The notes beneath the pieces are model-generated. The model did not search any database, was not told where the DNA came from, and was given only the letters and a program-made list of their open reading frames with translations. The translations under genes were made by a program, and so were the position numbers. This document shows, in pieces, positions 40,414 to 49,740 of a DNA stretch of 64,000 nt. Origin of the DNA: an uncultured Acidobacteriota bacterium (lineage in GTDB: Bacteria; Acidobacteriota; Vicinamibacteria; Vicinamibacterales; CAVPJW01); contig CAVPJW010000005.1 of NCBI GenBank assembly GCA_963705525.1, forward strand, positions 19,796 to 83,795, in the 5' to 3' direction. The first letter of the stretch is position 1; each line of letters starts with the position of its first letter.

Positions 40414-40719
40414 ATGAGGCCAAGTAGATTTACCCCAGAGGAGATCCTTGAAATTCTCCGTGAGGGAGATGAAGGCAAGAGAGTCGTCGACATCTGCCGC
40501 GATCATGGGATTCACAAGAATACTTACTACGGATGGAGAGCCCGCCGCCGCCTCTCGAGAGACGAGGCCGACGACGAGGCAACAGGTGCGGCCAACAGAT
40601 CGACGGGTGCTGGCGGAGACGCCCGCGACCTTGAGGTCGAGAACAGACGGCTCATGCAGGTGTTGACTACGCAGGCGCTCGAGATCGTGATGCTCAAGGC
40701 GGAGATTTCGAAACGCTAG
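40414..40719 (+). mobile_element. Solo IS3-family OrfA (HTH/leucine-zipper transposase subunit); no OrfB
   Basis: RFTPEEILEILREGDEGKRVVDICRDHGIHKNTYYGWR ... LEVENRRLMQVL...EIVMLKAEISKR. No DDE ORF or slippery A-run follows. Confidence 0.65.
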
Positions 40720-41075
40720 CCATCGGTCTTCCACGCTTCCCTTCTTCAAGATCTCGAACACCCTCCCAATTAATCCATTCAATCGATTGAACTCACCGCG
40801 CGATCTCTGCTGCGCGTGGACGTCGCTCGTGCTCGTCGTCAAGGGACGAAACAGCCATTTGACGGTGACCAGGGCCGTGTTTGCGCCTCGAACGCAGGGC
40901 CCGGTGTCGTCGTTACAGAAAGAGACAAACGTGCAGGCGACGTCTCCGGATGAGGCATGTTCGTTGCACTTCCGTAACGCACGTTCGCAATCGAACACAT
41001 GAAACATCCGGAAGTTCGCATGACCGCGACTTCGTCTTCATGTCGAGGAATTCAGCAGGCGCCAGAGGAGGCTGC

Positions 41076-43949
41076 ATGATGGCAGAGAAGTATCGGAGCT
41101 TACGTAAGATCCTGATGATGGTGGTGCTGGCGGCGGTCGCCGCGACACCGGCGTTCGCGCAGTTGGGCCAGGGCCGCTTGACCGGCACCGTGACCGACTC
41201 GCAGGGCGCGGTCTTGCCCGGCGTCACCGTGACGGCCAAGTCACCGGCCCTCATCGGCACGCAGGTGTCCGTGACCGAGGCGGACGGGAACTATCGGTTC
41301 CCATCGCTGCCCTCCGGTGAGTACTCCCTCACCTTCGAGCTCTCGGGATTCCAGACGTTGAACCGTGAGGGGATCAAGGTCAGTCAAGGCCAGACGATTA
41401 GCGTCGATTCCCAGCTGCAGCTGGCGACCCTGGCAGAGACCGTGACGGTCACGGGCGAATCACCCATCGTGGACGTCGCGACGACGAAGATCGGCGCCAG
41501 CTTGAAGGCCGACGTGCTCGCGGCGGTCCCGAACTCGACCGACGTGTGGGGCGCGCTCTCGTCAGCGCCCGGCATCCGCATGCAGGGGTTTGACGTGGGC
41601 GGCAGCCACAAGAGCCAGCAGTCGGGCTACGAAGTCTTCGGCGTGCAGAACCAGGCGCGCACGGTGTCGGATGGTGTCGACCACACCGAGGGCGTCGGCG
41701 GCACGGGCTTCTACGAAGACTACTTCGCCAACGAAGAGGTCTCGGTCAGCGCGCTCGGATCGGACGTCGAAATGAACGCGCCCGGCGCGGCCATTGTCAC
41801 GACGATCAAGAGCGGCGGCAACGTCTACAAGGGCCTCTATCAGATCACGTATGAGCCCGGCGAATTCGTGGGCGACAACAACAACGCGGAGCTGGAGGCG
41901 CGCGGCTTCACGGGCAACCCGAACCTGCTCTTCTGGGAAGGCCACGCGGATATCGGCGGCCCGATCAAGAAGGACAAGTGGTGGTTCTACGGCGCGTACA
42001 ACCACTTCAAGATCGACAAGCAGATCTCGGGCGTCGATCCGGACGTCGCGACCGACCTGGGGATCTTCGACAACCTGACCGGCAAGACGACGTTCAAGGC
42101 CAGCCAGAACAACACGATCATCGGTTACTACCAGCAGGGCCGGAAGCAGAAGCCGAAGCGCGGCCTCTCGTCGTTGCTTCCGGCAGAGTCAGTGCGTGCG
42201 CAGGACAGCTGGTCGCGGATGTGGAAGGGGGAATGGCAGCGCGTGATGTCGAATCGCGCGTTCCTGAGCGTGACCGGGGGCAGCTTCCGTCTGAACTGGC
42301 CGATGGCCGTGCAGGTGGATCCGGCCGTGCGGCCGCCCCAGATCTTCCGCGACACGACGGCGGTGGCGGGCGCGGGCTGGAACGCGTTCCAGACGATCCG
42401 CAACAAGCCGCAGATGAAGGCGCAGATGACCTACTTCCTGCCGGATGCCAAGGGCAGCCACGACTTCAAGTTCGGGTTCGAGTATCTGTATGACTCGTAC
42501 CGGTATGGCCACAACGGCACGTCCGGGCCGATTCGCTACTCGTATCCGACGGCGGGCGCGTCCCCCGATCGCATCCGGTTTGCCGACGTCGGCGCGCCGG
42601 GCGACTACGGGACGGGCTGGAAGGCAGGCTCGAACGTTGACCAGCACTACAGCTTCTACGCGCAGGATCGGTGGGCCCCGAACGACCGCTTGACGATCAC
42701 CGCCGGACTGCGGATGGATTACCAGAAGGTCGGCTATCTCGACGCCCTCCGCACACCGCTCATCACGGACACGCTGGCCGACGGGACGCAGATCTTCCCG
42801 ACATCGACCACGGTCAATGGCCAGACCCTCGTCACCAATACGGACTTCTCGCCGCGCGTCGGCGCGACGTATGACCTGAGCGGCAGGGGCCGGACGGTGC
42901 TGAAGGCGTTCTGGGGCCGGTACTACAACAACCTCGCGGACGGGTTCTCGAGCGCCAACCCGGGCGGCACCAACTACGCCGAGTACAACTTCAGCGACCT
43001 CGACGGCAATGGCCTTTACAGCGGGCCGCAGGAACTGGGCGCGGAGCGGCTCCGCATCGGCGGGGCAAGCACCGGCGTCAATTCCGGTTTGAAGACGCCG
43101 CACACGGATGAAATCAGCGGGACGATCGAGCACCAGTTCTGGGGTGAATCGTCGGTCCGTGGCACCTTCGTGCGCAAGATGCAGCGCGACTTCCTGCCCT
43201 TCTACACGGCGACGTTCGTGCCGGCGTGGTTCGGCCAGCTGAACGTGCCGGTGACGGTGACGGCCGGCAACAACGAGACGTTCAACCTCGTGGACGTTTC
43301 CGCGGCGCTGGCGCCGCTCAACACGGCCCTCTTCGACAACATCCCGGACAGCGACTTCAACTACAACACGATTGAATTCGCGTTCAACAAGCGGATGGGA
43401 TCGAGGATCTTCTTCGAGACCAGCTACGATCACATCTGGCGCGACGAGCTCCGTTCGCCGGACGTGTCGACCTTCGGCACGCTGAGCCCGCTCACGACCG
43501 ATCCGTTCCCGGTGAACTACTTCCTCAACCCGAACCCGTCGGTGTCCAATCGGCAGAAGACGACGATGTGGCACTACCAGGCGCTCGGTCGCTACACGTT
43601 CCCGTACGACATCGGGTTTGCCGTCAACTGGCGTCTGCAGAGCGGCTTCCCGTACTCGCGCGTGATCTCCGATCAGACGACGACGCCCACACTCAACGTG
43701 ACACCGAGCCCGTTCTTCGTGGAGAACCTGGACAACAACCGCTCCGACCTGGTGTCCTTGATGAACTTCCGCGTGGACAAATCGTTCCCGGTCGGCGGAC
43801 GCGCCCGCATTACGGCGATGTTCGACCTCTACAACGTGTGGAACGCGAACCCGGTGACGAACTTCAATCCGAGCAGCGATGCGTTCGGCAACATCATCGC
43901 GGTGTTGGACCCGATCGTGGCGCAGGTTGGTGCCAGACTGGAGTTCTAG
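41076..43949 (+). CDS. TonB-dependent receptor-like outer-membrane protein with N-terminal carboxypeptidase-regulatory-like domain
   Basis: GAGGAGG RBS and a signal peptide. GRLTGTVTDSQGAVLPGVTVTA...ADGNYRFPSLPSGEYSLTFELSGFQT. Long beta-barrel ending ...VGARLEF (terminal Phe). Confidence 0.85.
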   Translation: MMAEKYRSLRKILMMVVLAAVAATPAFAQLGQGRLTGTVTDSQGAVLPGVTVTAKSPALIGTQVSVTEADGNYRFPSLPSGEYSLTFELSGFQTLNREGIKVSQGQTISVDSQLQLATLAETVTVTGESPIVDVATTKIGASLKADVLAAVPNSTDVWGALSSAPGIRMQGFDVGGSHKSQQSGYEVFGVQNQARTVSDGVDHTEGVGGTGFYEDYFANEEVSVSALGSDVEMNAPGAAIVTTIKSGGNVYKGLYQITYEPGEFVGDNNNAELEARGFTGNPNLLFWEGHADIGGPIKKDKWWFYGAYNHFKIDKQISGVDPDVATDLGIFDNLTGKTTFKASQNNTIIGYYQQGRKQKPKRGLSSLLPAESVRAQDSWSRMWKGEWQRVMSNRAFLSVTGGSFRLNWPMAVQVDPAVRPPQIFRDTTAVAGAGWNAFQTIRNKPQMKAQMTYFLPDAKGSHDFKFGFEYLYDSYRYGHNGTSGPIRYSYPTAGASPDRIRFADVGAPGDYGTGWKAGSNVDQHYSFYAQDRWAPNDRLTITAGLRMDYQKVGYLDALRTPLITDTLADGTQIFPTSTTVNGQTLVTNTDFSPRVGATYDLSGRGRTVLKAFWGRYYNNLADGFSSANPGGTNYAEYNFSDLDGNGLYSGPQELGAERLRIGGASTGVNSGLKTPHTDEISGTIEHQFWGESSVRGTFVRKMQRDFLPFYTATFVPAWFGQLNVPVTVTAGNNETFNLVDVSAALAPLNTALFDNIPDSDFNYNTIEFAFNKRMGSRIFFETSYDHIWRDELRSPDVSTFGTLSPLTTDPFPVNYFLNPNPSVSNRQKTTMWHYQALGRYTFPYDIGFAVNWRLQSGFPYSRVISDQTTTPTLNVTPSPFFVENLDNNRSDLVSLMNFRVDKSFPVGGRARITAMFDLYNVWNANPVTNFNPSSDAFGNIIAVLDPIVAQVGARLEF

Positions 43950-44017
43950 GGAGTTAGACCTGGTCGGCTCAGGGCTCAAGACCTGACACAACTGAGCTGA
44001 CCGCTGAAAGAGATGAC

Positions 44018-44050
44018 GCCGGGTCCTTCAGGGGACCCGGCGTTTTTTTT
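44018..44050 (+). terminator. Rho-independent terminator
   Basis: GCCGGGTCC-ttcagg-GGACCCGGC followed by a T9 run. Confidence 0.85.
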
Positions 44051-44198
44051 TGAGCAGACGCATGGTCGTGCGCGGTTTGGACGGGCGCCTGAGTGCGGCC
44101 GCGCGATCCTTGACTTTCGTCTTATCTTCGCCTATCGTGCTGCCTTTCCGCGGCCCGTTCCGGGGCCATTTTCAGGCAGGCAGAACGTGGAGGGCGAC

Positions 44199-44678
44199 AT
44201 GGACCAGAAGGCGCTGTTTCTCAAGATCTGGGAGAAGGAAGCTCCCGCCACCCGAAAGGTCATCTCGCGGATACCCGAGGGCTCGGGATACCGGCCGGAC
44301 GCAAAGTCACGCACGGCCCGGGAGATTGCCTGGCTGATCGTGCGTGAGGAAATCGTCCTCGCCGACGGACTCGAAAAAGGCAAGCTCCAATGGGAAGAGC
44401 TGCCGGCGCCGGCGACCATCAAGGAGATTCTCGCCACCTACGATCGCCATCACGAAACGCTGCTCAAGCGGCTCGAGGCCATCGAACCGGCGCGGTGGGA
44501 GCGCGCGGTGCCATTCATGTTCGGCGATCAGGAAGTCATGAAGGAAACCGGCTACGACAACGCCTGGGGCTTCCTGCTCGACATGATCCATCATCGCGGC
44601 CAGCTCTCCACGTATCTGCGCCCGATGGGTTCCACCGTACCGCAGATCTACGGACCGAGCGCCGACGAACCGATGTAG
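44199..44678 (+). CDS. DinB-family (four-helix bundle) protein
   Basis: 159 aa. ...TAREIAWLIV..., LDMIHHRGQLSTYLRPMG. Confidence 0.78.
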   Translation: MDQKALFLKIWEKEAPATRKVISRIPEGSGYRPDAKSRTAREIAWLIVREEIVLADGLEKGKLQWEELPAPATIKEILATYDRHHETLLKRLEAIEPARWERAVPFMFGDQEVMKETGYDNAWGFLLDMIHHRGQLSTYLRPMGSTVPQIYGPSADEPM

Positions 44679-44701
44679 CTGGCTGTCGCCCTCCATTCCC
44701 G

Positions 44702-44731
44702 AGCCGAGCTCTCGACGGGGCTCGGCTTTTT
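44702..44731 (+). terminator. Probable rho-independent terminator
   Basis: AGCCGAGC-10 nt-GCTCGGCT followed by TTTT. Confidence 0.5.
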
Positions 44732-44804
44732 CATCTGTACTGCGCGGCGCCGAACCCCGGAACCCTGAACATTGGAACCTGGAACCGGCGCTTTTCTTAC
44801 TACA

Positions 44805-47045
44805 ATGCCTGCCGAGACTGACGCCATGACACCCACCACCCTGTCCGTTCGCGTCCCGCTTGTCGCGTGCCTGCTCGTCGTCTGCTTCGGCCTGCTGGTG
44901 AGCTCCGAAGAGTGGAAGCCACGACATGCACTGATATCACCCACCGGCGTGCTGAATCTCGGCGCGGTCGCGCTCCCGGGAGAAGTGCTGCTCGACGGTC
45001 CGGCGGATCCGATCGATCAGCCAGGGTGGCTGGCGGGCATGAAGGCCTGGCGCACCGAACGCCTGACACGCATGCGCTACGACGCCGGCGAGTACAACCG
45101 GCCCGAGCTCGCGTGGACCGAGCGCGTGTTCTCACAGAATCAGTTGTTGATCTGGGATCGAACCTTCTATGACCCCGAGCAGCGCAAGTACACGGTCGAT
45201 CGCTATCTGGCGGATGTCGAATCGCGGCTGGGTCCGATCGACGCGGTCCTGATCTGGCACGTCTACCCGAACCTGGGTGCGGACGACCGCAACTCGTTCG
45301 ACTTGCTGCGGGATCTCCCTGGCGGCATCCCCGCCCTCAAAGATGTCGTCGACCAATTCCACAGGCGCGGCGTCAAGGTGTTCTTCCCTACGCTCGCGTG
45401 GGACACGATGACACGCCCGGAGGGCAAGCCCGTCTGGACTGCGCTCGCGGAGGTCCTCAAAGAGATCGGCGCCGACGGGATCAACTTCGACACGCTCGAA
45501 TCGCCGCCCGTGGAGTTTCATCGGGCATCCCTGGCAGCCGGGCATCCACTCGCGCTCGAACCTCAGTTCGCCATTCGCGACGAGTCGCTCACGTGGAGCA
45601 CGCTCAGCTGGAACGACTGGGTCACGTGGGAGGACCTCGACTATCCATTCGTGCCGATGGTGAACAAGGCCAAGTGGCTCGAACCTCGCCACATGGTGAA
45701 CGTGACCGATCGGTTCACGCGCGACAAGACCAACAGCCTGCAGCACGCGATGTTCAACGGCGTGGGCTACGCGACCATGGAGAACCTCTGGGGCTTCTGG
45801 TACGGGATGACGCCTCGTGACGCCGAGACCGTGCTGCGCATCACCCGCATCGAGCGCGCGGTTCCGTCGCTGCTGGTCAGTTCCGAGTGGGAGCCGCATT
45901 CGCCGACGATGCAGCCCGGCGTCTTCGCGAGCCGGTTTCCTGGTGCGGACGGAACGCTCTGGACGCTCGTCAACCGGAATGAATACGCCGTCACCGGCGA
46001 GCAGCTGCGCGTGCCGGGCTCCGAGGGCCAGAGGTACTACGATCTCTGGCGTGGCGTCGAGCTCACGCCGACGCGCGTCGGCGACACGGCCACGCTTCAA
46101 TTCTCCATCGAAGGGCTGGGCTTCGGCGCGGTGTTGGCCACCACGTCCGAGCCGCCCGCGGGCAGCCTCACGGATCTCCTCGCCTTCATGGCCGAGCGCT
46201 CATCCCGCCCATTGAGCGCGTACTCCCGTGAGTGGAAGCCGCTCTTGCAGACGATGGTCGAGATCCCGAAGACGAAGGCGGCCGACGCCCCTCCTCCGGG
46301 CATGATCGAGATCAGGGGCGGCGACTACGACTTCACGGTCCGCGGGATCGAGATCGAGGGCGGGAACGACGCGGGCGTTGACGTGCAGTATCCGTGGGAG
46401 GACGCGCCGCGGCGATTCCATCGGCAGCGCATGCGCATCGACCGCTACTTCATCGACCGGACGCCCGTCACGAATCAGGCATTCAAGGCCTTCCTCGATG
46501 CCACGCGCTATCGTCCCGCGGATGATCACAATTTCCTGCGCGACTGGCAGAACGGAACCTTCCCGGACGGATGGGCGGCGAAGCCGGTGACGTGGGTCTC
46601 GATCGAAGACGCGCGGGCGTACGCCGCCTGGGCCGGCAAGCGTCTGCCTCATGAATGGGAATGGCAGTTCGCCGCACAGTCGAGCGACGGCCGCCGGTAT
46701 CCCTGGGGCCAGGAATGGAACGCGAGCATGGTATCGCCTCCCGATCACGGCCCCACGCGGCGGCCGCCGGCGGATGTCACGGCGTTTTCGCACGCGGCGA
46801 GCCCTCATGGCGTGCTGGATCTGGTGGGCAACGTGTCGCAATGGACCGACGAGTTCCGCGACGAGCACACGCGCGCGGCCATCGTCAGGGGGGCCGCGTC
46901 GTACCAGCCGCTCGGTTCGATCTGGCATTTTCCGCAGACGTATCGCCTTGACGAGCATCAGAAGTACCTGCTGATGTCGCCGGGACGCGATCGCAGCGGG
47001 ACGATCGGCTTCCGGCTGGTCGTGGATGCCCAGCGCGCGCCATGA
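44805..47045 (+). CDS. Membrane-anchored fusion: glycoside-hydrolase-like TIM-barrel region plus C-terminal FGE-sulfatase (SUMF1) domain
   Basis: N-terminal TM (VPLVACLLVVCFGLLV). The C-terminus has RIDRYFIDRTPVTNQAFKAFLDATRY, VTWVSIEDARAYAAWAGKRLPHEWEWQFAA, YPWG, HGVLDLVGNVSQWT. The start could be 44805 or 44826. Confidence 0.72.
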   Translation: MPAETDAMTPTTLSVRVPLVACLLVVCFGLLVSSEEWKPRHALISPTGVLNLGAVALPGEVLLDGPADPIDQPGWLAGMKAWRTERLTRMRYDAGEYNRPELAWTERVFSQNQLLIWDRTFYDPEQRKYTVDRYLADVESRLGPIDAVLIWHVYPNLGADDRNSFDLLRDLPGGIPALKDVVDQFHRRGVKVFFPTLAWDTMTRPEGKPVWTALAEVLKEIGADGINFDTLESPPVEFHRASLAAGHPLALEPQFAIRDESLTWSTLSWNDWVTWEDLDYPFVPMVNKAKWLEPRHMVNVTDRFTRDKTNSLQHAMFNGVGYATMENLWGFWYGMTPRDAETVLRITRIERAVPSLLVSSEWEPHSPTMQPGVFASRFPGADGTLWTLVNRNEYAVTGEQLRVPGSEGQRYYDLWRGVELTPTRVGDTATLQFSIEGLGFGAVLATTSEPPAGSLTDLLAFMAERSSRPLSAYSREWKPLLQTMVEIPKTKAADAPPPGMIEIRGGDYDFTVRGIEIEGGNDAGVDVQYPWEDAPRRFHRQRMRIDRYFIDRTPVTNQAFKAFLDATRYRPADDHNFLRDWQNGTFPDGWAAKPVTWVSIEDARAYAAWAGKRLPHEWEWQFAAQSSDGRRYPWGQEWNASMVSPPDHGPTRRPPADVTAFSHAASPHGVLDLVGNVSQWTDEFRDEHTRAAIVRGAASYQPLGSIWHFPQTYRLDEHQKYLLMSPGRDRSGTIGFRLVVDAQRAP

Positions 47046-48583
47046 CGCGGCTGGCCTCGGTCGATCTGCTGGTCATTCTGCTGTACCTCGCAACGGTGGG
47101 AGGCGTGGCCTTCCGCGTCAGCCGTCGTCAGACGACCACATCCGAATATTTCGTCGCCGATCGGAAGCTGCCCGGATGGGCTGTCGCGTTCAGCATCGTC
47201 GGCACGATCATCAGCAGCGTCAGCTTCGTCGGGTTTCCCGGCGCGGCGTTCTCGCAGGACTGGCGTCTGCTCGTGCCGAACATGAGCGTGCCGTTCGTGC
47301 TCATCGCCGTGACGCTGTTCGTCGTTCCTTTCTACCGTCGCGTCGTCCGTATGAGCAGCTACGAGTATCTCGAGCGACGGTTCGGCATCCTCGCGCGCCT
47401 CTACGGATCCTCGGGTTTTCTGATCCTGCGGACCGTCGACCTTGGGTTCACACTGCTCCTCACCGCGATTGCGCTCGAAGTGGTCAGCGGCTGGAACATT
47501 CGCAGCGTGATCGTCGGCATCAGCGCGTTCACCATCGTGTACACGCTGGCGGGCGGCATCGAGGCCGTCGTGTGGAATGATGTCGTGCAGGGTGTTGTGC
47601 TGGCGACCGGCGCCGTGACGATCCTGGCGTTCATCCTCGCCGGCGTGCCGGGGGGCGCCGGCACGGTCGTGTCATCGGTGTGGGCGAGCGGCAAGTTCGG
47701 CGTGGGCGATCTCACACTCAGCTGGAACAGTCTGTTCGGCGAGCACCCGACGTTCTGGATGTTCCTTCTGAGCGGCTTCGCGCACTTCGGGCGCGCTTAC
47801 AGCATCGAGCAGAACGTCGTGCAGCGCTATCTCGTCGCGCGGACCGACCGTGAGGCTCAGCGCGCGGCCTTCACGGGTGCGCTGTCATGCCTCGTCATCT
47901 GGGTGACATTTTTCTTCATCGGATCGGCGCTCTGGGCTTTTTATCGTGTGAGCGCGATGCACCCTCCGACCGATGTGATCGCGCACCCGGACAACATCCT
48001 TCCCTATTTCATTGCCACCGAACTCCCGCACGGCCTCATCGGGCTCATCCTCGCCGCGATACTCGCCGCGGCGATGCAGGCGTTCAGCGCCGATCTCACC
48101 AGCGTCGGCACCGTGGCCACGGAGGACTACTTCGCCCGTTTCTGGCCGCACACCACCGACCGGCAGCGCCTCATGTTCGGGCGGCTCGCGATTCTCTGCG
48201 GAGGACTCCTGGCGATGGCCGTCGCGCTTCAGCTCACCGAGTCGCGCACAAGGGCCGTCTACGAACTGTTCGTGATCCTGGCGAGCATCGTCGCCGGCGG
48301 TCTGCTGGGTCTTTTTGGTCTCGGCTTTCTTTCCGTGCGCGCGACTCGGAGCGGTGCGTACGTCGGGCTGGCGTGCTGTATCGCCTTTGTCGCCTGGGCC
48401 ACGATGACCGGACCGCTGAAGGTGGATCTCGGTTTCAACTATCGGATGCACCCGCTGATGATTGGCCTCATCAGCCACATCGTCTTGTTCGGGTGCGGCT
48501 ACGCCGCGAGCCTCGTTCTGGTCGATCAACCTGCGTCGCGCGACCTGACGATCTGGAGCCTCTGGGAGAAACGGACCGCATGA
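47042..48583 (+). CDS. Sodium:solute symporter (SSF/SLC5 family)
   Basis: YFVADRKLPGWAVAFSIVGTIISSVSFVGFPGAAF and about 13 TM helices. ATGA overlap with the upstream stop. Confidence 0.85.
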   Translation: MTRLASVDLLVILLYLATVGGVAFRVSRRQTTTSEYFVADRKLPGWAVAFSIVGTIISSVSFVGFPGAAFSQDWRLLVPNMSVPFVLIAVTLFVVPFYRRVVRMSSYEYLERRFGILARLYGSSGFLILRTVDLGFTLLLTAIALEVVSGWNIRSVIVGISAFTIVYTLAGGIEAVVWNDVVQGVVLATGAVTILAFILAGVPGGAGTVVSSVWASGKFGVGDLTLSWNSLFGEHPTFWMFLLSGFAHFGRAYSIEQNVVQRYLVARTDREAQRAAFTGALSCLVIWVTFFFIGSALWAFYRVSAMHPPTDVIAHPDNILPYFIATELPHGLIGLILAAILAAAMQAFSADLTSVGTVATEDYFARFWPHTTDRQRLMFGRLAILCGGLLAMAVALQLTESRTRAVYELFVILASIVAGGLLGLFGLGFLSVRATRSGAYVGLACCIAFVAWATMTGPLKVDLGFNYRMHPLMIGLISHIVLFGCGYAASLVLVDQPASRDLTIWSLWEKRTA

Positions 48584-49740
48584 AGATCACAGGGATCAGG
48601 GACATCGTCGTTCCACTGCGCTCGGAGATGCGCAACGCGTACATCAGCTTCTCCGAGATGACGGCGTCAGCCGTCGCCATTCATACCGACGTGATCCGCG
48701 ACGGTCGCGCCGTCGTCGGCTACGGCTTCAATTCGAACGGCCGGTACGCTCAGAGCGGCATCATGCGCGAACGGCTCATCCCTCGCCTGCTCGACGCCTC
48801 GCCTGGCGCGCTGCTCGACGACGCGCGGGAGAATCTGGATCCAGCGAAAGCCTGGAAGGTGATGATGGCCAACGAGAAGCCTGGCGGCCATGGAGATCGG
48901 TCCGTGGCCGTTGGCACACTCGACATGGCCTTGTGGGATCTCGTCGCCAAGATCGAAGGAAAGCCGCTGTACCGGCTGCTGGCGGACCGGTACCGCGACG
49001 GCCATGCAGACGAAGACGTGTATGTGTATGCCGCTGGTGGCTACTACTATCCAGGGAGAGATATACCAGGGTTGCTGGAGGAGATCGGGCGCTATCTCGA
49101 TCTCGGGTACACGACGGTCAAGATTAAGATTGGTGGCGCCTCGCTGGCCGACGACCTGGCTCGAATCGAGGCGGTGTTGAAGTTAATCGGCTCGGACTGC
49201 GAGCTTGCTGTAGATGCCAACGGCCGGTTCGATCGCAAGCAGGCCCTGGCCTACGCCTCGGTGCTGAACGCCTACCGGCTCAAATGGTACGAAGAGCCTT
49301 GTGATCCGCTGGACTTCGAGGTCCTGGCCGAAACGGTCGAAGCGTCAACCAATCCGGTGGCGACGGGTGAGAACCTCTTTTCGCTGCCTGACGCGATCAA
49401 TCTCGTTCGCTATGGAAAGATGAACAAGGATCGCGACTACCTGCAGTTCGACCCCGCGCTCAGCTACGGCACGGTGGAATATCTTCGCATTCTCGGCATG
49501 CTCGGTTCGAACGGTTGGTCCACGCGTCGATGCATTCCGCACGGCGGACATCAGATGGCGCTTCACGTCGCGGCGGGATTGGGCCTGCACGGCAATGAAT
49601 CGTACCCAGGAGTATTTCAGCCGTTCGGCGGTTTCGCCGACGGTGTGCCCGTCGTGAAGAGCCGCGTCAGGCTGCCAGACGTGCCGGGCATTGGCATCGA
49701 ACGCAAGCAGAATCTCTACGAGGTCTTTCGACAACTATGA
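48580..49740 (+). CDS. Enolase-superfamily enzyme (mandelate racemase/muconate-lactonising family; probable acid-sugar dehydratase)
   Basis: MKITGIRD..., TVKIKIGG, AVDANGRF, KWYEEP, ATGENL, IPHGGH. ATGA overlap. The 617-aa ORF-track entry carries a spurious N-terminus. Confidence 0.85.
   Translation: MKITGIRDIVVPLRSEMRNAYISFSEMTASAVAIHTDVIRDGRAVVGYGFNSNGRYAQSGIMRERLIPRLLDASPGALLDDARENLDPAKAWKVMMANEKPGGHGDRSVAVGTLDMALWDLVAKIEGKPLYRLLADRYRDGHADEDVYVYAAGGYYYPGRDIPGLLEEIGRYLDLGYTTVKIKIGGASLADDLARIEAVLKLIGSDCELAVDANGRFDRKQALAYASVLNAYRLKWYEEPCDPLDFEVLAETVEASTNPVATGENLFSLPDAINLVRYGKMNKDRDYLQFDPALSYGTVEYLRILGMLGSNGWSTRRCIPHGGHQMALHVAAGLGLHGNESYPGVFQPFGGFADGVPVVKSRVRLPDVPGIGIERKQNLYEVFRQL

Noticed and set aside
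40720-41075. Possible riboswitch or leader upstream of the TonB-dependent receptor
   Set aside because: I could not recognise a B12 box or any other conserved riboswitch core by eye. An Rfam scan would be needed before claiming anything.
42189-43991. 600-aa minus-strand ORF
   Set aside because: It is antisense to the well-supported TonB-receptor gene. It is Arg/Val/His-rich with no recognisable domains, as is typical of open antisense frames in high-GC DNA.
44751-44790. Three GGAACC hexamers (44759, 44774, 44781) as a third copy of the GGACC element
   Set aside because: The core differs, the spacing is irregular (15 and 7 bp) and there is no inverted symmetry. This is insufficient to link it to the 9-bp-register elements.
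33516-46958. Other long antisense or overlapping ORFs (33516-34421, 38652-39641, 45132-46100, 46200-46958; also 24998-25789 and 50052-50777)
   Set aside because: Each lies opposite a gene with strong family motifs. They have low-complexity Arg/Pro/Gly composition.
47887-48579. 230-aa N-terminal extension of the enolase-family ORF
   Set aside because: It is an out-of-frame overlap with the symporter gene. The conserved MKITGIRD start at 48580 forms an ATGA overlap with the symporter stop. Similar Arg-rich extensions were trimmed from the ORFs at 33096, 40881, 44013, 31689 and 62615.
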